Below, piece after piece: positions 60,580 through 64,000 of a stretch of DNA of 64,000 nucleotides. Position numbers and translations under genes: made by a program. The number at the start of each line of letters is the position of its first letter. Positions within the stretch are counted from its first letter, which is position 1. The DNA is from Neophaeotheca triangularis (taxonomy: Eukaryota), in contig BAAIJX010000008.1 of NCBI GenBank assembly GCA_054600435.1, forward strand, positions 372,001-436,000, given 5' to 3'. The notes below the pieces were generated by a model. It was not told the origin of the DNA, made no database searches, and saw nothing but the letters and a program-made list of their open reading frames with translations.

Positions 60580-63500
60580 ATGTCGAACCTTACAGATAGT
60601 CAGGCCTCTTCAGGCGCCGCGCGGTCCCAGAGCCAGGCATCGTCGAGGGTGCCGGACAGCATGGACTCTTCGCAGAGCTTTCGTTCCTTGACCCAGGAAG
60701 TTGATCACATCAAATCGCTCCTCACACGTTCCCAAGCTGCGCCATTGGTCCCAGAGGGCAGCATCACCGCGCAGATCTTCCGTCGCCCTGCAGTTCCTCG
60801 AGAAACCGTTTCGCCGGCTCGACTTTATCAAGAGCTTGACCACTTGAAAAAGCGGATACGTACCGAGCAGAAGGATGGACACCGCCGTGCTAGCTTTGGG
60901 GATGATGTGGACTCGGGTGAGGAAGACGGCGGGTTTGAGGAAATATTCGACGAAAGGGAAGAAGAGTTGAAGAGGCTTCGGGACGAGCTTGGCTCGGTCA
61001 AGAAGCAACGGGAGGAATGGCTTGAAGAGGCGGAAGGTCGTGTTGATCGGCTGATGGAGGAGAAGGAGGGCCTCGAGAAGGTGTTGGGAGATCGCAAGGA
61101 AGAAGTAGGTCGTTTGGGTTCTGACAAAGATGCTCTGCACCGGTCATTGAACGAGGCGCAGGACAAGGTCGCCAGCCTGGATGCAGAGCTGAAGGATGTG
61201 AAGAGGGCCCTCGACGATAGCAAGAGAGAACATGAAGCCCTGCGCATGCAACATGTTGATCTCCAGACCTTTGTGGAAGGTTTGCAAGCCGAAAAGCAAG
61301 CACTGTCGCATCAATTCGAGGCACTCCAGCAGACAGTGACCGATGTTCGAAGCGAGCTTGAGGGGCTACGAAAGGAGAAAGAAGACAGCGATGCTGCTGC
61401 TCGACAGTCTCAGAGTAGTCTCAACGACGTGTCGTCCTCGAAAGAAGCGCTGGAATCGGAGCTGAAGGCCAGCAACAAGAAAGTGACGGATCTAGAGATA
61501 CAGAACCGTGCTTCCGCGGAGGAGTTGAAAAAAGCATCATCCGAGCATGAGGACAAATACAGCACTTTACAAAAAGACTTTACCGGACTCTTGGAGAACC
61601 ACAACAAGACGACAAGCGAAGCCAAAATTGCCAGAGCTACCATCGAGCAGCTACGTAACGACATCAGTACTGCCGAAGCCAAGCATCAGGAGCTTGAGAG
61701 CCGCAATCACTCTGCCCAAAACGAACTGCGTCGCGAGGTGGAGTCGCACCGCACCCGCGCCGAAGAGACTCTGCGGGAGGTCGAGTCGAAGCAGAAAGAT
61801 GTTTCCCTTCTTACGACCGACAGGGATACTTTAAGGGCCCATCTGGCAGAGATTTCTTCCGAGCGCGATGGCCACAAGGAGAAGCTGGGCGCAGCCATGG
61901 CCGAGACCAAGGCTCTAATACAGAAAGCTGAGCACGACCTTCAAGACGCCAAACGTGCGCACGAGGATCAACTCACTACTCTCACAGATGAGTGGAATAC
62001 TCAAAAACAGCGCCTGCAGAGGCTAGTTGACGATTCGAAGTCCGCGTATGAGAGAGAAGTCGAAGACATCAAGTCCGCTCACGGTAGCGAAGTAGAGCGC
62101 CTCAAGAGCGAGCACAGCAGCGAGGCAGAGCGTCTCACAATCGAACTTCAGAGCCTCAGGGCCGATCGTGGCGCCCAGGTCCAGCGTCTTGTGGAAGAGC
62201 ACAAAGCCGAAACCGAACAAGCTTCTGCTGTAGGCGAGCAAAAGCTCAGAGATCAAATCAACGAACATCAACGCCTACTCGCAGAGCAGGATGCATCCCA
62301 CCAAAAGCGCTTGCAAGACCTGCAGAATGAGCACGAGCGTGCCCGTTCGGACCTTGACCGCCAACTGCAAGAAAGCAAGCAGGCCGCCTCTGATGCCGAC
62401 ACCAGCCATAACGATCGTGTGCAAGCGCTTCAAAGAGAATTCGATCAAGTTCGATCAGACTCGGAACGCCAATTGCAGGAAAGCAAGCAAGCCGCTTCGG
62501 AAGCCGATACTAAATCCAAGACTAAGCTCGCTGACCTGGCTGGACGCTTGGGTAAGGAGTCCAAGGCCCAGCGTGCTTTGCAAGAACAATTGCAGGAGAA
62601 GGATCGCTTGCATGAAGATCGAGTACAAGGCTTGCAGGCCTCGTTGGCAGAGGTGCAGGGCGAACTCGGTACTTCTGCCAAGAAGGTGCGAGAGATGCAA
62701 GATTCGATCGATCGCAGTAAGACCGAGTTCGAGGCCGCGTTGTCGTCGAGAGACGAGGCTGTGCGAAACGCCCAGAAGAATGTGGAAGATGCTCATGAAG
62801 CTTCGTCCAAGCGGATTGCTGATCTTCAGGCGGCTGTGTCTTCGAAAGATGAGGCTATCAAGAACAGCCGGAAGGAGGTCGAGGATGCCTGTGAGATTTC
62901 CTCCAAGAAGATTGCTGATCTCGAGGCTGCATTGTCGTCGAAAGACGAAGTTGTTCGGGAGGTTCGGAAGGAACTCGAAGACGCTCGAGAGTCTGCATCG
63001 AGGCAGGTCGCTGATCTTGAGACGAAAATCAGCGAGCAAGTGCAAACAACCAAAGCTGCCCGGGCCGAGCTCGAAAATGCCAGGTCTGTCAACCAAATTG
63101 CCGTTGACGAAGCTGCTGATGAGCATACCAAAGATCTGGAACGCCTACGGATCTCCCATGCTGAGGAATTGGAGCGTGTCAAGCAGCAATTGCAAGAAGC
63201 TACCCGTACTCACGGCCAGGAAGTCGAACAATCCAATTCATCTCATTCCGAAGAGCTAAAGAAACTTAACTCGCTGATGGAGGGTCAAATCGAGTCGTTG
63301 AAGCAAGAGCATGCGCGTGCGATCGAACAGACGTCGACTTACCACCGCGAAGCTTTGCAAAAAGCAGAAGCAGAGGCCGAAGCGAAAAGCACGTCCAACC
63401 TCAAGGCTGTCCGAGATGCCGAGGCCTCTCATGCGAACGACCTCGAGATGTTGCGAAAAGAGCATGGTACTGTGTTGGAACGGCTTCGAACGGAACATGA

Positions 63501-64000
63501 GTCTGCTAAGTCAGAGTCCGACCACGCGCATCAAAGTGCCTTGAACGAACTCAAGGAACAACAGTCGCTCTCCGACAAAGCAAAGGCAGAAGCTGAGAAG
63601 AGGGAAACGGTTGCGCGCAAGATCTTCGAAAGTGCAAAGAGCACTCATCAGCAAGACATGGAGCGTCTTAAGTCCGAACACCAGGCTGAAGTGGACCGCC
63701 TCCGACAGGAAGCCGCCGATGCTTCAGCTGAAGCGAAGCAAGGCCACGGTGGTGCACTCGAGAGGCTCAAAGTAGAGCACCAGCGCTCTGTCGATGAGGC
63801 GAATGCTGCACACGAGCGATCTATGACCGAGCTCAAGAACGCTCACGAAGAAGAGAGCAAGCGTTCTGCATCGACGTATGAGAGCAAGATACAGAGCTTA
63901 CAAGAGGCGCTGTCTTCTGAAACAACGACTCTTCGGCAAGAACATGAAAGGGCTGTGGATGGGACAAATCAAACGCACGAGAAAATTATCGCAGAGCTGA
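60580..64000 (+). CDS. Very large coiled-coil protein, >1140 aa, truncated by the window end
   Basis: Frame open from ATG 60580 to the end of the window, so it is absent from the ORF track; E/K/Q/A/L-rich. An upstream exon cannot be excluded. Confidence 0.85.
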   Translation, partial: MSNLTDSQASSGAARSQSQASSRVPDSMDSSQSFRSLTQEVDHIKSLLTRSQAAPLVPEGSITAQIFRRPAVPRETVSPARLYQELDHLKKRIRTEQKDGHRRASFGDDVDSGEEDGGFEEIFDEREEELKRLRDELGSVKKQREEWLEEAEGRVDRLMEEKEGLEKVLGDRKEEVGRLGSDKDALHRSLNEAQDKVASLDAELKDVKRALDDSKREHEALRMQHVDLQTFVEGLQAEKQALSHQFEALQQTVTDVRSELEGLRKEKEDSDAAARQSQSSLNDVSSSKEALESELKASNKKVTDLEIQNRASAEELKKASSEHEDKYSTLQKDFTGLLENHNKTTSEAKIARATIEQLRNDISTAEAKHQELESRNHSAQNELRREVESHRTRAEETLREVESKQKDVSLLTTDRDTLRAHLAEISSERDGHKEKLGAAMAETKALIQKAEHDLQDAKRAHEDQLTTLTDEWNTQKQRLQRLVDDSKSAYEREVEDIKSAHGSEVERLKSEHSSEAERLTIELQSLRADRGAQVQRLVEEHKAETEQASAVGEQKLRDQINEHQRLLAEQDASHQKRLQDLQNEHERARSDLDRQLQESKQAASDADTSHNDRVQALQREFDQVRSDSERQLQESKQAASEADTKSKTKLADLAGRLGKESKAQRALQEQLQEKDRLHEDRVQGLQASLAEVQGELGTSAKKVREMQDSIDRSKTEFEAALSSRDEAVRNAQKNVEDAHEASSKRIADLQAAVSSKDEAIKNSRKEVEDACEISSKKIADLEAALSSKDEVVREVRKELEDARESASRQVADLETKISEQVQTTKAARAELENARSVNQIAVDEAADEHTKDLERLRISHAEELERVKQQLQEATRTHGQEVEQSNSSHSEELKKLNSLMEGQIESLKQEHARAIEQTSTYHREALQKAEAEAEAKSTSNLKAVRDAEASHANDLEMLRKEHGTVLERLRTEHESAKSESDHAHQSALNELKEQQSLSDKAKAEAEKRETVARKIFESAKSTHQQDMERLKSEHQAEVDRLRQEAADASAEAKQGHGGALERLKVEHQRSVDEANAAHERSMTELKNAHEEESKRSASTYESKIQSLQEALSSETTTLRQEHERAVDGTNQTHEKIIAEL
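62731..63020 (+). repeat. Three 96-bp (32-aa) intragenic repeats
   Basis: EAALSSRDEA at 62731, QAAVSSKDEA at 62827 and EAALSSKDEV at 62923, each ending in (I/V)ADL. Confidence 0.85.

Noticed and set aside
1..64000. tRNA, rRNA, CRISPR arrays and a secondary-metabolite cluster
   Set aside because: No cloverleaf or T-loop context, rRNA similarity, repeat-spacer array or PKS/NRPS backbone was seen by eye; tRNAscan-SE and Infernal would be needed to exclude small RNAs.

Overview
Gene-dense eukaryotic DNA from a filamentous ascomycete: short GT-AG introns with CTAAC/CTGAC branch points and a clear RIP footprint. A Dothideomycete origin is an inference from style, not a determination. About 22 host protein-coding genes can be modelled. 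Conserved or recognisable genes: ZUP1/Mug105-type deubiquitinase, F-box-like/TPR protein, secreted GH3 beta-glucosidase, Ppn2-like metallophosphoesterase, CTK3, TIM23, THADA/TRM732, mitochondrial phosphate carrier, F-box/WD40, PDA1, Prr1-like kinase, SRP72, tafazzin, ALG5 and a BTB protein. Lineage-specific genes are interspersed: a tandem pair of paralogues with an R-S-E ADP-ribosyltransferase-like motif order and NLS-like N-termini, a coiled-coil protein whose SUMO-like C-terminal domain only appears after splicing, a coiled-coil/bromodomain protein, small orphans, and a >1100-aa coiled-coil protein that runs off the window. A complete 7.9-kb RIP-inactivated Ty3/Gypsy chromodomain retrotransposon (48609-56537, minus strand, 141-bp LTRs, AAAAG target-site duplication) sits in the divergent TAZ1/ALG5 promoter. 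It carries an extra ~420-450-codon ORF between pol and the 3' LTR and has no canonical PPT at the 3' LTR. Exon coordinates were read by eye, and family names come from motif recognition, not database searches.
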